A stretch of 37,547 nucleotides of DNA from Welwitschia mirabilis (taxonomy: Eukaryota), in NCBI GenBank assembly GCA_051453625.1, contig JBOZIK010000001.1:38699993-38737539 (forward strand), read 5' to 3'. A model generated the notes under the pieces. It did not search any database. It was not told where the DNA came from and worked only from the letters and a program-made list of their open reading frames with translations. The position numbers and the translations under genes are program-made. Shown one piece after another: positions 36,000-37,547 of the stretch. Position 1 is the first letter of the stretch. Each line of letters opens with the position of its first letter.

Positions 36000-37089
36000 T
36001 GAGAGGAAAGATCATTTCGACAGAAGAGTCATCATACTCAGAATCTTCAAGCTGTTGTTCCTCTTCATGAGAACTAGGTGGAATCTCTAGCCCATAAGCA
36101 GACAAACCAAATACAATCCTGTCAACTTTCTTGTGCACTCTATCTGCAGTCTACTGGGCTTTCAAAACTATTTCTTTAACCTTTAGAATTGCTTTCATCA
36201 AATCTTCATTATTAACTAGTCCTGAACTTGGGCCTTGTTTAGTACGTTGTTTTTTCTTGGGTGGAGGAGCAGGACTCACAATATCAAAAAAGATGTCCAT
36301 TTTCTTTAAAGAGTATAGGCCTAGAGGCTTGGGCACTTTGACAAGTTTTTCATCTTTTTGAATAACAAACTGATGATTTTCCAAAAGAGCCTTGATAAAA
36401 CCTCCAAACCGTAAGTTGCTATAGCTGGCACTTATGAATGGACTTGTATATAACATTATAAATTTGCACAAATTAATTTTAACTCCATTGCCAAAGCAAA
36501 ACAAGATATAAGCACAAGGACGTGACCCTACATCTTTGTGCCTACGTTTGGGAACTAGATTATGAGTGGAAATTTGAAATAAAACTTTATAGAAAGGTTT
36601 CAGTTTGTTTGTGGAAATACTAGCTCTCTATGCAATATGAGAGCTATAAAGTTCTGATGTCAAAATCTCTTTAGAGACATCTTCTTGTAATGAGCTAACT
36701 AAAGTAATTTCTTTGAAGAATCCCTCATTTGGATAACTGATGACTACAGAGATGGCTTCTAGATCTACTCCTACCCTCCTACTGTATACTTTTGTTGTAA
36801 AAACCCAATTCAAAGGGTTAGAAATAGCATTACAGTAAAAGAGACATGCCATTGTTGTGGAAGCATGAGTATCCGGGCCTAAGGCATACAACCACCCTTC
36901 TTCATCAAACTTGTGAACAATGTAAACTTCATGTCTGAATGATTCAAAATCTATCTTGCATTCAGGAGCAATTGGTCTTTTAGAAGAGCCTCCAAACAAA
37001 GGTTTTCTATGCTTTGGACTAATAGACCATTCTTCTTCTGATTCAGGTTCCTTGCCTTTCCTTGAAGTAGCCAACTTACTTCTAACCAT
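36000..37089 (-). pseudogene. Extra ORF (env-like/ORF3) of the second Sirevirus, interrupted by stops or frameshifts
   Basis: ORFs 36628..37089 (MVRSK...LFYCNA...), 36151..36504 and the start of 35803..36138 are collinear, with an acidic tail. They lie upstream of the multiple PPTs and 3' LTR. Confidence 0.7.
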
Positions 37090-37547
37090 GATGACTGAGG
37101 AAGGGAGTCAGAGAGGCTGGCACAGGATTGTCAATTTGAAAATGAAGGATAAAAAGATGAGAAAAGAAGAATAAAAGGGCAGCGAGGGTGTGGGTGTCTA
37201 CCTAGGGTTGCGTCCGCGTAAAAGAGCAGATGTCTAGAATATTTTGGGCAGATGTCTAGGTAATAAAACCCAGCAATCATGTTAAGTTTAAAGGGTGGAT
37301 GTTTGGGAGAAGATATGAGGACGTTCGGGTTGTAAAAACCCTGAGGACATCCTGGTTGTAAAAACCCTGAGGACATCTAGGTAATTGGCTAGGACGTCCG
37401 GGTGAGATAAAAATGCAAAAGTAAGATATTACCCAGAAAATTCGCAAGCCACTTAGATGGAAGAATAACATAGTTAGGAGCAAATTGAATTAAATTATAA
37501 ATTACTTTGGGGGGGGTGGGGAAGCCCCTATACCTAAGTTTGTCCTT

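Overview
AT-rich plant (probably angiosperm) nuclear DNA from a draft assembly with four N-gaps (3379-3478, 6397-6446, 6920-7019, ~25550-26365). The only host gene visible is two internal + strand exons (15704-16071, 18121-18357) of a clade-D PP2C protein phosphatase. I could not find its first (DGHGG) or last (GIARRL...HFHDDIT) exon, so the whole window may lie inside one gene with very long introns. Almost everything else is nested, decayed transposable elements: two Sirevirus (SIRE/Maximus Ty1/copia) families, each with its own palindromic repeat motif and an extra ORF; at least five decayed short-LTR copia elements; a probable Tat/Ogre-type solo LTR with a 28-bp minisatellite; and one clear plus one probable non-autonomous hAT element. 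No RNA genes or CRISPR arrays are seen. I do not see a convincing novel biological system. The most interesting observations are the three-layer nesting at 1-12.7 kb, the family-specific palindrome arrays found both in the LTR and upstream of the extra ORF, an RT/RNaseH-only element with intact TSD and PBS, and a one-LTR fragment bounded by an 8-bp direct repeat. All alignments were done by eye.
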